Shown here piece by piece: positions 1 to 13,900 of a stretch of 64,000 nucleotides of DNA. The translations under genes were made by a program, and so were the position numbers. Each line of letters begins with the position of its first letter. Position 1 is the stretch's first letter. Source of the DNA: Euprymna scolopes (lineage: Eukaryota); assembly GCA_053919585.1 (NCBI GenBank), contig CM132785.1; one strand, given 5' to 3'. Below the pieces are notes generated by a model. That model saw only the letters and a list, made by a program, of their open reading frames with translations. It was not told the origin of the DNA and did not search any database.

Positions 1-14
1 TAAAACTTTACGCA

Positions 15-38
15 ACGATTTTTATAAAAAAAAATCGT
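15..38. other. Inverted-repeat (fold-back) insertion ACGATTTTT-ATAAAA-AAAAATCGT
   Basis: 15-23 ACGATTTTT is the reverse complement of 30-38 AAAAATCGT: a 9-bp stem with a 6-nt loop. Confidence 0.9.
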
Positions 39-1791
39 AAAGCCTTAAGCTACGATTTTTATCAAAGCCTTATGCTACGATTTTTATAAAAGACTTATGC
101 TACGATTTTTATAAAAGCCTTATGCTACGATTTTTATAAAACTTTATGCTACGATTTTTATAAAAGCCTTATGCTACGATTTTTATAAACGCCTTATGCT
201 ACGATTTTTATAAAACTTTACGCTACGATGTTTATTAAAGCCTTATGCTACGATTTTTATAAAAGCCTTATGCTACGATTTTTATAAAAGCCTTATGCTA
301 CGATTTTTATAAAAGTCCTGTGCTACGATTTTTATAAAACTTTATGCTACGATTTTTATAAAAGCCTTATGCTACGATTTTTATAAAAGCCTTATGCAAC
401 GATTTTTATAAAAGCCTTATGCTACGATTTTTATAAAAGCCTTATGCTACGATTTTTATAAAAGCCTTATGCTACGATTTTTATAAAAGCCTTATGCTAC
501 GATTTTTATAAAAGCCTTATGCTACGATTTTTATAAAAGCGTTATGCTACGATTTTTATAAAAGCCTTATGCTACGATTTTTATAAAAGTCTTATGCTAC
601 GATTTTAATTAAACTTTATGCTACGATTTTTATAAAAGCCTTATGCTACGATTTTTATAAAAGCCTTATGCTTCGATTTTTATAAAAGCCTTATGCTAGA
701 TTTTTAGAAAAGCCTTACGCTACGATTTTTATCAAAGCCTTATGCTACGATTTTTATAAAAGACTTATGCTACGATTTTTATAAAACTTTATGCTACGAT
801 TTTTATAAAAGCCTTATGCTACGATTTTTATAAAAGCCTTTATGCTACGATTTTTATAAAAGCCTTATGCTACGATTTTTATAAAAGCCTTATGCTACGA
901 TTTTTATAAAAGCCTTATGCTACTATTTTTATAAAAGCCTTATGCTACGATTTTTATAAAAGCCTTATGCTACGATTTTTATAAAACTTTATGCTACGAT
1001 TTTTATAAAAGCCTTATGCTACGATTTTTATAAAAGCCTTATGCTACGATTTTTATAAAAGCCTTATGTTACGATTTTTATAAAAGCCTTATGCTACGAT
1101 TTTTATAAAAGTCCTGTGCTACGATTTTTATAAAACTTTATGCTACGATTTTTATAAAAGCCTTATGCTACGATTTTTATAAAAGCCTTATGCTACGATT
1201 TTTATAAAAGCCTTATGCTACGATTTTTATAAAAGCCTTATGCTACGATTTTTATAAAAGCCTTATGCTACGATTTTTATAAAAGCCTTATGCTACGATT
1301 TTTATAAAAGCCTTATGCTACGATTTTTATAAAAGCCTTATGCTACGATTTTTATAAAAGCCTTATGCTACGATTTTTATAAAAGCCTTATGCTACGATT
1401 TTTATAAAAGCCTTATGCTACGATTTTAATAAAACTTTATGCTACGATTTTTATAAAAGCCTTATGCTACGATTTTTATAAATGCCTTATGCTACGATTT
1501 TTATAAAAGCATTATGCTACGATTTTTATAAAAGCCTTACGCTACGATTTTTATCAAAGCCTTATGCTACGATTTTTATAAAAGACTTATGCTACGATTT
1601 TTATAAAACTTTATGCTACGATTTTTATAAAAGCCTTATGCTACGATTTTTATAAAAGCCTTCATGCTACGATTTTTATAAAAGCCTTATGCTACGATTT
1701 TTATAAAACTATATGCTACGATTTTTAGAAAAGCCTTATGCTACGATTTTTATAAAAGCCTTATGCTACGATTTTTATAAAACTTTACGCA

Positions 1792-1815
1792 ACGATTTTT
1801 ATAAAAAAAAATCGT
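1792..1815. other. Fold-back insertion, copy 2
   Basis: Identical to 15-38, with the same flanks (ctttacgca ... aaagccttaagc). Confidence 0.9.
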
Positions 1816-3593
1816 AAAGCCTTAAGCTACGATTTTTATCAAAGCCTTATGCTACGATTTTTATAAAAGACTTATGCTACGATTTTTATAAAACTTTATG
1901 CTACGATTTTTATAAAAGCCTTATGCTACGATTTTTATAAAACTTTATGCTACGATTTTTATAAAAGCCTTATGCTACGATTTTTATAAAAGCCTTATGC
2001 TACGATTTTTATAAAACTTTACGCTACGATGTTTATAAAAGCCTTATGCTACGATTTTTATAAAAGCCTTATGCTACGATTATTATAAAAGCCTTATGCT
2101 ACGATTTTTATAAAAGTCCTGTGCTACGATTTTTATAAAACTTTATGCTACGATTTTTATAAAAGCCTTATGCTACGATTTTTATAAAAGCCTTATGCTA
2201 CGATTTTTATAAAAGCCTTATGCTACGATTTTAATAAAAGCCTTATGCTACGATTTTTATAAAAGCCTTCATGCTACGATTTTTATAAAAGCCTTATGGT
2301 ACGATTTTTGTAAAAGCCTTATGCTAAGATTTTTATAAAAGCCTTATGCTACGATTTTTATAAAAGCCTTCATGCTACGATTTTAATAAAACTTTATGCT
2401 ACGATTTTTATAAAACTTTATGCTACGATTCTTATAAAAGCCTTCATGCTACGATTTTTATAAAAGCCTTCATGCTACGATTTTTATAAAAGCCTTATGC
2501 TACGATTTTTATAAAAGCCTTATGCTACTATTTTTATAAAAGCCTTATGCTACGATTTTTATAAAAGCCTTATGCTACGATTTTTATAACACTTTATGCT
2601 ACGATTTTTATAAAAGCCTTATGCTACGATTTTTATAAAAGCCTTATGCTACGATTTTTATAAAACTTTACGCTACGATGTTTATAAAAGCCTTATGCTA
2701 CGATTTTTATAAAAGCCTTATGCTACGATTTTTATAAAAGCCTTATGCTACGATTTTTATAAAAGTCCTGTGCTACGATTTTTATAAAACTTTATGCTAC
2801 GATTTTTATAAAAGCCTTATGCTACGATTTTTATAAAAGCCTTATGCAACGATTTTTATAAAAGCCTTATGCTACGATTTTTATAAAAGCCTTATGCTAC
2901 GATTTTTATAAAAGCCTTATGCTACGATTTTTATAAAAGCCTTATGCTACGATTTTTATAAAAGCCTTATGCTACGATTTTTATAAAAGCGTTATGCTAC
3001 GATTTTTATAAAAGCCTTATGCTACGATTTTTATAAAAGTCTTATGCTACGATTTTAATTAAACTTTATGCTACGATTTTTATAAAAGCCTTATGCTACG
3101 ATTTTTATAAAAGCCTTATGCTTCGATTTTTATAAAAGCCTTATGCTAGATTTTTAGAAAAGCCTTACGCTACGATTTTTATCAAAGCCTTATGCTACGA
3201 TTTTTATAAAAGACTTATGCTACGATTTTTATAAAACTTTATGCTACGATTTTTATAAAAGCCTTATGCTACGATTTTTATAAAAGCCTTTATGCTACGA
3301 TTTTTATAAAAGCCTTATGCTACGATTTTTATAAAACTATATGCTACGATTTTTATAAAAGCCTTATGCTACGATTTTTATAAAAGCCTTATGCTACGAT
3401 TTTAATAAAACTTTACGCTACGATTTTTATAAAAGCCTTATGCTACGATTTTTATAAAAGCCTTCATGCTACGATTTTTATAAAAGCCTTATGCTACGAT
3501 TTTTATAAAACTATATGCTACGATTTTTAGAAAAGCCTTATGCTACGATTTTTATAAAAGCCTTATGCTACGATTTTTATAAAACTTTACGCA

Positions 3594-3617
3594 ACGATTT
3601 TTATAAAAAAAAATCGT
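3594..3617. other. Fold-back insertion, copy 3
   Basis: Identical to 15-38, with the same flanks. Confidence 0.9.
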
Positions 3618-4948
3618 AAAGCCTTAAGCTACGATTTTTATCAAAGCCTTATGCTACGATTTTTATAAAAGACTTATGCTACGATTTTTATAAAACTTTA
3701 TGCTACGATTTTTATAAAAGCCTTATGCTACGATTTTTATAAAACTTTATGCTACGATTTTTATAAAAGCCTTATGCTACGATTTTTATAAAAGCCTTAT
3801 GCTACGATTTTTATAAAACTTTACGCTACGATGTTTATAAAAGCCTTATGCTACGATTTTTATAAAAGTTTTATGCTACGATTATTATAAAAGCCTTATG
3901 CTACGATTTTTATAAAAGTCCTGTGCTACGATTTTTATAAAACTTTATGCTACGATTTTTATAAAAGCCTTATGCTACGATTTTTATAAAAGCCTTATGC
4001 TACGATTTTTATAAAAGCCTTATGCTACGATTTTAATAAAAGCCTTATGCTACGATTTTTATAAAAGCCTTCATGCTACGATTTTTATAAAAGCCTTATG
4101 GTACGATTTTTGTAAAAGCCTTATGCTAAGATTTTTATAAAAGCCTTATGCTACGATTTTTATAAAAGCCTTCATGCTACGATTTTAATAAAACTTTATG
4201 CTACGATTTTTATAAAACTTTATGCTACGATTCTTATAAAAGCCTTCATGCTACGATTTTTATAAAAGCCTTATGCTACGATTTTTATAAAAGCCTTATG
4301 CTACGATTTTTATAAAAGCCTTATGCTACTATTTTTATAAAAGCCTTATGCTACGATTTTTATAAAAGTCTTATGCTACGATTTTAATTAAACTTTATGC
4401 TACGATTTTTATAAAAGCCTTATGCTACGATTTTTATAAAAGCCTTATGCTTCGATTTTTATAAAAGCCTTATGCTAGATTTTTAGAAAAGCCTTACGCT
4501 ACGATTTTTATCAAAGCCTTATGCTACGATTTTTATAAAAGACTTATGCTACGATTTTTATAAAACTTTATGCTACGATTTTTATAAAAGCCTTATGCTA
4601 CGATTTTTATAAAAGCCTTTATGCTACGATTTTTATAAAAGCCTTATGCTACGATTTTTATAAAACTATATGCTACGATTTTTATAAAAGCCTTATGCTA
4701 CGATTTTTATAAAAGCCTTATGCTACGATTTTAATAAAACTTTACGCTACGATTTTTATAAAAGCCTTATGCTACGATTTTTATAAAAGCCTTCATGCTA
4801 CGATTTTTATAAAAGCCTTATGCTACGATTTTTATAAAAGTCTTCATGCTACGATTTTTATAAAACTATATGCTACGATTTTTAGAAAAGCCTTATGCTA
4901 CGATTTTTATAAAAGCCTTATGCTACGATTTTTATAAAACTTTACGCA

Positions 4949-4972
4949 ACGATTTTTATAAAAAAAAATCGT
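4949..4972. other. Fold-back insertion, copy 4
   Basis: Identical to 15-38, with the same flanks. Confidence 0.9.
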
Positions 4973-7900
4973 AAAGCCTTAAGCTACGATTTTTATCAAA
5001 GCCTTATGCTACGATTTTTATAAAAGACTTATGCTACGATTTTTATAAAACTTTATGCTACGATTTTTATAAAAGCCTTATGCTACGATTTTTATAAAAC
5101 TTTATGCTACGATTTTTATAAAAGCCTTATGCTACGATTTTTATAAAAGCCTTATGCTACGATTTTTATAAAACTTTACGCTACGATGTTTATAAAAGCC
5201 TTATGCTACGATTTTTATAAAAGTTTTATGCTACGATTATTATAAAAGCCTTATGCTACGATTTTTATAAAAGTCCTGTGCTACGATTTTTATAAAACTT
5301 TATGCTACGATTTTTATAAAAGCCTTATGCTACGATTTTTATAAAAGCCTTATGCTACGATTTTTATAAAAGCCTTATGCTACGATTTTAATAAAAGCCT
5401 TATGCTACGATTTTTATAAAAGCCTTCATGCTACGATTTTTATAAAAGCCTTATGGTACGATTTTTGTAAAAGCCTTATGCTAAGATTTTTATAAAAGCC
5501 TTATGCTACGATTTTTATAAAAGCCTTCATGCTACGATTTTAATAAAACTTTATGCTACGATTTTTATAAAACTTTATGCTACGATTCTTATAAAAGCCT
5601 TCATGCTACGATTTTTATAAAAGCCTTATGCTACGATTTTTATAAAAGCCTTATGCTACGATTTTTATAAAAGCCTTATGCTACTATTTTTATAAAAGCC
5701 TTATGCTACGATTTTTATAAAAGTCTTATGCTACGATTTTAATTAAACTTTATGCTACGATTTTTATAAAAGCCTTATGCTACGATTTTTATAAAAGCCT
5801 TATGCTTCGATTTTTATAAAAGCCTTATGCTAGATTTTTAGAAAAGCCTTACGCTACGATTTTTATCAAAGCCTTATGCTACGATTTTTATAAAAGACTT
5901 ATGCTACGATTTTTATAAAACTTTATGCTACGATTTTTATAAAAGCCTTATGCTACGATTTTTATAAAAGCCTTTATGCTACGATTTTTATAAAAGCCTT
6001 ATGCTACGATTTTTATAAAACTATATGCTACGATTTTTATAAAAGCCTTATGCTACGATTTTTATAAAAGCCTTATGCTACGATTTTAATAAAACTTTAC
6101 GCTACGATTTTTATAAAAGCCTTATGCTACGATTTTTATAAAAGCCTTCATGCTACGATTTTTATAAAAGCCTTATGCTACGATTTTTATAAAAGTCTTC
6201 ATGCTACGATTTTTATAAAACTTCATGCTACGATTTTTATAAAAGCCTTATGCTACGATTTTTATACAAGCCTTATGCTACGATTTTTATAAAAGCCTTA
6301 TGCTACGATTTTTATAAAAGCCTTATGCTACGATTTTTATAAAAGCCTTATGCCACTATTTTTATAAAAGCCTCATGCTACGATTTTTATAAAAGCCTTA
6401 TGCTACGATTTTTATAAAAGCCTTATGCTACGATTTTTATAAAAGCCTTATCCTACGATATTTATAAAAGCCTTCATGCTACGATTTTTATAAAAGCCTT
6501 CATGCTACGATTTTTATAAAAGCCTTATGCTACGATTTTTATAAAAGCCTTATTCTACGATTTTTATAAAAGCCTTATGCTACGATTTTTATAAAAGCCT
6601 TCATGCTACGATTTTTATAAAAACCGTCATGCTACGATTTTTATAAAAGCCTTATGCTACGATTTTTACAAAAGCCTTATGCTACGATTTTTATAAAAGC
6701 CTTGTGCTGCGATTTTTATAAAAGCCTTATGCTACGATTTTTATAAAAGCCTTATGCTACGATTTTTATAAAAGCCTTATGCTACGATTTTTATAAAAGC
6801 CTTATGCTACGATTTTTATAAAAGCCTTATGCTACGATTTTTATAAAAGTCCTGTGCTACGATTTTTATAAAACTTTATGCTACGATTTTTATAAAAGCC
6901 TTATGCTACGATTTTTATAAAAGCCTTATGCTACGATTTTTATAAAAGCCTTATGCTACGATTTTTATCAAAGCCTTATGCTACGATTTTTATAAAAGCC
7001 TTATGCTACGATTTTTATAAAAGCCTTATGCTACGATTTTTATAAAAGCCTTATGCTACGATTTTTATAAAAGCCTTATGCTACGATTTTTATAAAACTT
7101 TATGCTACGATTTTTATAAAAGTCTTATGCTACGATTTTAATAAAACTTTATGCTACGATTTTTATAAAAGCCTTATGCTACGATTTTTATAAAAGCCTT
7201 ATGCTACGATTTTTATAAAAGCCTTATGCTACGATTTTTATAAAAGCCTTACGCTACGATTTTTATCAAAGCCTTATGCTACGATTTTTATAAAAGACTT
7301 ATGCTACGATTTTTATAAAACTTTATGCTACGATTTTTATAAAAGCCTTATGCTACGATTTTTATAAAAGCCTTCATGCTACGATTTTTATAAAAGCCTT
7401 ATGCTACGATTTTTATAAAACTATATGCTACGATTTTTATAAAAGCCTTATGCTACGATTTTTATAAAAGCCTTATGCTACGATTTTTATAAAACTTTAC
7501 GCTACGATTTTTATAAAAGCCTTATGCTACGATTTTTATAAAAGCCTTCATGCTACGATTTTTATAAAAGCCTTATGCTACGATTTTTATAAAAGTCTTA
7601 TGCTACGATTTTTATAAAACTTTATGCTACGATTTTTATAAAAGCCTTATGCTACGATTTTTATACAAGCCTTATGCTACGATTTTTATAAAAGCCTTAT
7701 GCTACGATTTTTATAAAAGCCTTATGCTACGATTTTTATGAAAGCCTTATGCCACTATTTTTATAAAAGCCTCATGCTACGATTTTTATAAAAGCCTTAT
7801 GCTACGATTTTTATAAAAGCCTTATGCTACGATTTTTATACAAGCCTTATCCTACGATATTTATAAAAGCCTTCATGCTACGATTTTTATAAAAGCCTTC

Positions 7901-10900
7901 ATGCTACGATTTTTATAAAAGCCTTATGCTACGATTTTTATAAAAGCCTTATGCTACGATTTTTATAAAAGCCTTATGCTACGATTTTTATAAAAGCCTT
8001 CATGCTACGATTTTTATAAAAACCGTCATGCTACGATTTTTATAAAAGCCTTATGCTACGATTTTTATAAAAGCCTTATGCTACGATTTTTATAAAAGCC
8101 TTATGCTGCGATTTTTATAAAAGCCTTATGCTACGATTTTTATAAAAGCCTTCATGCTACGATTTTTATAAAAGCCTTATGCTACGATTTTTATAAAAGC
8201 CTTCATGCTACGATTTTTATAAAAGCCTTATGCTACGATTTTTATAAAAGCCTTGTGCTGCGATTTTTATAAAAGCCTTATGCTACGATTTTTATAAAAG
8301 CCTTATGCTACGATTTTTATAAAAGCCTTATGCTACGATTTTTATAAAAGCCTTATGCTACGATTTTTATAAAAGTCCTGTGCTACGATTTTTATAAAAC
8401 TTTATGCTACGATTTTTATAAAAGCCTTATGCTACGATTTTTATAAAAGCCTTATGCTACGATTTTTATAAAAGCCTTATGCTACGATTTTTATAAAAGC
8501 CTTATGCTACGATTTTTATAAAAGCCTTATGCTACGATTTTTATAAAAGCCTTATGCTACGATTTTTATAAAAGCCTTATGCTACGATTTTTATAAAACT
8601 TTATGCTACGATTTTTATAAAAGTCTAATGCTACGATTTTAATAAAACTTTATGCTACGATTTTTATAAAAGCTTTATGCTACGATTTTTATAAAAGCCT
8701 TATGCTACGATTTTTATAAAAGCCTTATGCTACGATTTTTATAAAAGCCTTACGCTACGATTTTTATCAAAGCCTTATGCTACGATTTTTATAAAAGCCT
8801 TATGCTACGATTTTTATAAAAGCCTTATGCTACGATTTTTATAAAAGCCTTATGCTACGATTTTTATAAAAGCCTTATGCAACGATTTTTATAAAAGCCT
8901 TATGCTACGATTTTTATAAAAGCCTTATGCTACGATTTTTATAAAAGCCTTATGCTACGATTTTTATGAAAGCCTTATGCCACTATTTTTATAAAAGCCT
9001 CATGCTACGATTTTTATAAAAGCCTTATGCTACGATTTTTATAAAAGCCTTATGCTACGATTTTTATACAAGCCTTATCCTACGATATTTATAAAAGCCT
9101 TCATGCTACGATTTTTATAAAAGCCTTCATGCTACGATTTTTATAAAAGCCTTATGCTACGATTTTTATAAAAGCCTTATGCTACGATTTTTATAAAAGC
9201 CTTATGCTACGATTTTTATAAAAGCCTTCATGCTACGATTTTTATAAAAACCGTCATGCTACGATTTTTATAAAAGCCTTATGCTACGATTTTTATAAAA
9301 GCCTTATGCTACGATTTTTATAAAAGCCTTATGCTGCGATTTTTATAAAAGCCTTATGCTACGATTTTTATAAAAGCCTTCATGCTACGATTTTTATAAA
9401 AGCCTTATGCTACGATTTTTATAAAAGCCTTCATGCTACGATTTTTATAAAAGCCTTATGCTACGATTTTTTAAAAAGCCTTCATGCTACGATTTTTATA
9501 AAAGCCTTATGCTACGATTTTTATAAAACTTTATGCTACGATTCTTATAAAAGCCTTCATGCTACGATTTTTATAAAAGCCTTATGCTACGATTTTTATA
9601 CAAGCCTTATGCTACGATTTTTATAAAAGCCTTATGCTACTTTTTTTATAAAAGCCTTATGCTACGATTTTTATAAAAGCCTTATGCTACTATTTTTATA
9701 AAAGCCTTATGCTACGATTTTTATAAAAGTCCTGTGCTACGATTTTTATAAAACTTTATGCTACGATTTTTATAAAAGCCTTATGCTACGATTTTTATAA
9801 AAGCCTTATGCTACGATTTTTATAAAAGCCTTATGCTACGATTTTTATAAAAGCCTTATGCTACGATTTTTATAAAAGCCTTATGCTACGATTTTTATAA
9901 AAGCCTTATGCTACGATTTTTATAAAACTTTATGCTACGATTTTTATAAAAGCCTTATGCTACGATTTTTATAAAAGCCTTATGCTACGATTTTTATAAA
10001 AGACTTATGCTACGATTTTTATAAAACTTTATGCTACGATTTATATAAAAGCCTTATGCTACGATTTTTATAAAAGCTTTCATGCTACGATTTTTATAAA
10101 AGCCTTATGCTACGATTTTTATAAAACTATATGCTACGATTTTTATAAAAGCCTTCATGCTACGATTTTTATAAAAACCTTCATGCTACGATTTTTATAA
10201 AAGCTTTATGCTACGATTTTTATAAAAGCCTTATGCTACGATTTTTATAAAAGCCTTATGCTACGATTTTTATAAAAGCCTTATGCTACGATTTTTATAA
10301 AAGCCTTATGCTACGATTTTTATAAAAGCCTTATGCTACGATTTTTATAAAAGCCTTCATGCTACGATCTTTATAAAAGCCTTATGGTACGATTTTTATA
10401 AAAGCCATATGCTACGATTTTTATAAAAGCCTTATGCTACGATTTTTATAAAAACCTTATGCTACCATTTTTATAAAAGCCTTATGCTACAATTTTTATA
10501 AAAGCCTTATTCTACGATTTTTATAAAAGCCTTCATGCTACAATTTTTATAAAAGCTTTATGCTACGATTTTTATAAAAGCCTTATGCTACGATTTTTAT
10601 AAAAGCCTTATGCTACGATTTCTATAAAAGCTTCATGCTACGATTTTTATAAAAGCCTTATGCTACGATTTTTATAAAAGCCTTATGCTACGATTTTTAT
10701 AAAACTTTATGCTACGATTTTTATAAAAGCCTTATGCTACGATTTTTATAAAAGCCTAATGCTACGATTTTTGTAAAAGCCTTCATGCTACGATTTTTAT
10801 AAAAGCCTTATGCTACGATTTTTATAAAAGCCTTATGCTACGATTTTTATAAAACTTTATGCTACGATGTTTATAAAACTTTATGCTACAATTTTTATAA

Positions 10901-13900
10901 AAGCCTTATGCTACGATTTTTATAAAAGCCTTATGCTACTATTTTTATAAAACTTTATGCTACGATTTTTATAAAAGCCTTATGCTACGATGTTTATAAA
11001 AGACTTATGCAACGATTTTTATAAAACTTTATGCTACGATTTTTATAAAAGCCTTATGCTACGATTTTTATAAAAGCCTTATGCTACGATTTTTATAAAA
11101 CTTTACGCTACGATTTTTATAAAAGCCTTATGCTACGATTTTTATAAAAGCCTTCATGCTACGATTTTTATAAAAGCCTTATGCTACGATTTTTATAAAA
11201 GTCTTATGCTACGATTTTTATAAAACTTTATGCTACGATTTTTATAAAAGCCTTATGCTACGATTTTTATACAAGCCTTATGCTACGATTTTTATAAAAG
11301 CCTTATGCTACGATTTTTATAAAAGCCTTATGCTACGATTTTTATGAAAGCCTTATGCCACTATTTTTATAAAAGCCTCATGCTACGATTTTTATAAAAG
11401 CCTTATGCTACGATTTTTATAAAAGCCGAATGCTACGATTTTTATTCAAGCCTTATCCTACGATATTTATAAAAGCCTTCATGCTACGATTTTTATAAAA
11501 GCCTTCATGCTACGATTTTTATAAAAGCCTTATGCTACGATTTTTATAAAAGCCTTATGCTACGATTTTTATAAAAGCCTTATGCTACGATTTTTATAAA
11601 AGCCTTCATGCTACGATTTTTATAAAAACCGTCATGCTACGATTTTTATAAAAGCCTTATGCTACGATTTTTATAAAAGCCTTATGCTACGATTTTTATA
11701 AAAGCCTTATGCTGCGATTTTTATAAAAGCCTTATGCTACGATTTTTATAAAATCCTTCATGCTACGATTTTTATAAAAGCCTTATGCTACGATTTTTAT
11801 AAAAGCCTTCATGCTACGATTTTTATAAAAGCCTTATGCTACGATTTTTAAAAAAGCCTTCATGCTACGATTTTTATAAAAGACTTATGCTACGATTTTT
11901 ATAAAACTTTATGCTACGATTCTTATAAAAGCCTTCATGCTACGATTTTTATAAAAGCCTTATGCTACGATTTTTATACAAGCCTTATGCTACGATTTTT
12001 ATAAAAGCCTTATGCTACTTTTTTTATAAAAGCCTTATGCTACAATTTTTATAAAAGCCTTATGCTACGATTTTTATAAAAGCCTTATGCTACGATTTTT
12101 ATAAAAGACTTATGCTACGATTTTTATAAAACTTTATGCTACGATTTTTATAAAAGCCTTATGCTACGATTTTTATAAAAGCTTTCATGCTACGATTTTT
12201 ATAAAAGCCTTATGCTACGATTTTTATAAAACTATATGCTACGATTTTTATAAAAGCCTTCATGCTACGATTTTTATAAAAACCTTCATGCTACGATTTT
12301 TATAAAAGCTTTATGCTACGATTTTTATAAAAGCCTTATGCTACGATTTTTATAAAAGCCTTATGCTACGATTTTTATAAAAGCCTTATGCTACGATTTT
12401 TATAAAAGCCTTATGCTACGATTTTTATAAAAGCCTTATGCTACGATTTTTATAAAAGCCTTCATGCTACGATCTTTATAAAAGCCTATGGTACGATTTT
12501 TATAAAAGCCATATGCTACGATTTTTATAAAAGCCTTATGCTACGATTTTTATAAAAACCTTATGCTACCATTTTTATAAAAGCCTTATGCTACAATTTT
12601 TATAAAAGCCTTTTGCTACGATTTTTATAAAAGCCTTCATGCTACAATTTTTATAAAAGCTTTATGCTACGATTTTTATAAAAGCCTTATGCTACGATTT
12701 TTATAAAAGCCTTATGCTACGATTTTTATAAAAGCTTCATGCTACGATTTTTATAAAAGCCTTATGCTACGATTTTTATAAAAGCCTTATGCTACGATTT
12801 TTATAAAACTTTATGCTACGATTTTTATAAAAGCCTTCATGCTACGATTTTTATAAAAGCCTAATGCTACGATTTGTATAAAAGCCTTCATGCTACGATT
12901 TTTATAAAAGCCTTATGCTACGATTTTTATAAAAGCCTTATGCTACGATTTTTATAAAACTTTATGCTACGATTTTTATAAAACTTTATGCTACAATTTT
13001 TATAAAAGCCTTATGCTACGATTTTTATAAAAGCCTTATGCTATGATTTTTATAAAACTTTATGCTACGATTTTTATAAAAGCCTTATGCTACGATGTTT
13101 ATAAAAGCCTTATGCAACGATTTTTATAAAACTTTATGCTACGATTTTTATAAAAGCCTTATGCTACGATTTTTATAAAAGCCTTATGCTACGATTTTTA
13201 TAAAACGTTATGCTATGATTTTTACAAAAACCTTATGCTACGATTTTTATAAAACTTTATGCTACGATTTTTATAAAAGCCTTATGCTACGATTTTTATA
13301 AAAGCTTTATGCTACGATTTTTATAAAAGTCTTATGCTACGATTTTTAGAAAACTTTATGCTACGATTTTTATAAAAGCCTTATGCTACTATTTTTATAA
13401 AAGCCTTATGCTACGATTTTTATAAAAGCCTTATGCTACGATTTTTATAAAACTTTATGCTACGATTTTTATAAAAGCCTTATGCTACGATTTTTATAGA
13501 AGCCTTATGCTACGATTTTTATAAAAGCTTCATGCTACGATTTTTATAAAAGCCTTATGCTACGATTTTTATAAAAGCCTTATGCTACGATTTTTATAAA
13601 ACTTTATGCTACGATTTTTATAAAACTTTATGCTACGATATTTATAAAAGCCTTATGCTACGATTTTTATAAAAGCCTTCATGCTACGATTTTTATAAAA
13701 GCCTTATGCTACGATTTTTATAAAAGCCTTATGCTACGATTTTTATAAAAGCCTTATGCTACGATTTTTATAAAAGCCTTATGCTACGATTTTTATAAAA
13801 GCCTTATGCTACTATTTTTATAAAAGCCTTATGCTACGATTTTTATAAAAGCCTTATGCTACGATTTTTATAAAAGCCTTCATGCTACGATTTTTATAAA

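Larger units (their letters stand above)
3430..6200. repeat. 1355-bp tandem duplication
   Basis: aagttttatg variant at 3868/5223 and fold-back insertion at 3594/4949. The ggtacg and ctaaga variants repeat at the same offset. Confidence 0.85.

Noticed and set aside
15-38. Hairpin as a rho-independent terminator
   Set aside because: The stem is AT-rich and weak, with no U-tract after it and no upstream gene. It is better explained as a templated inversion.
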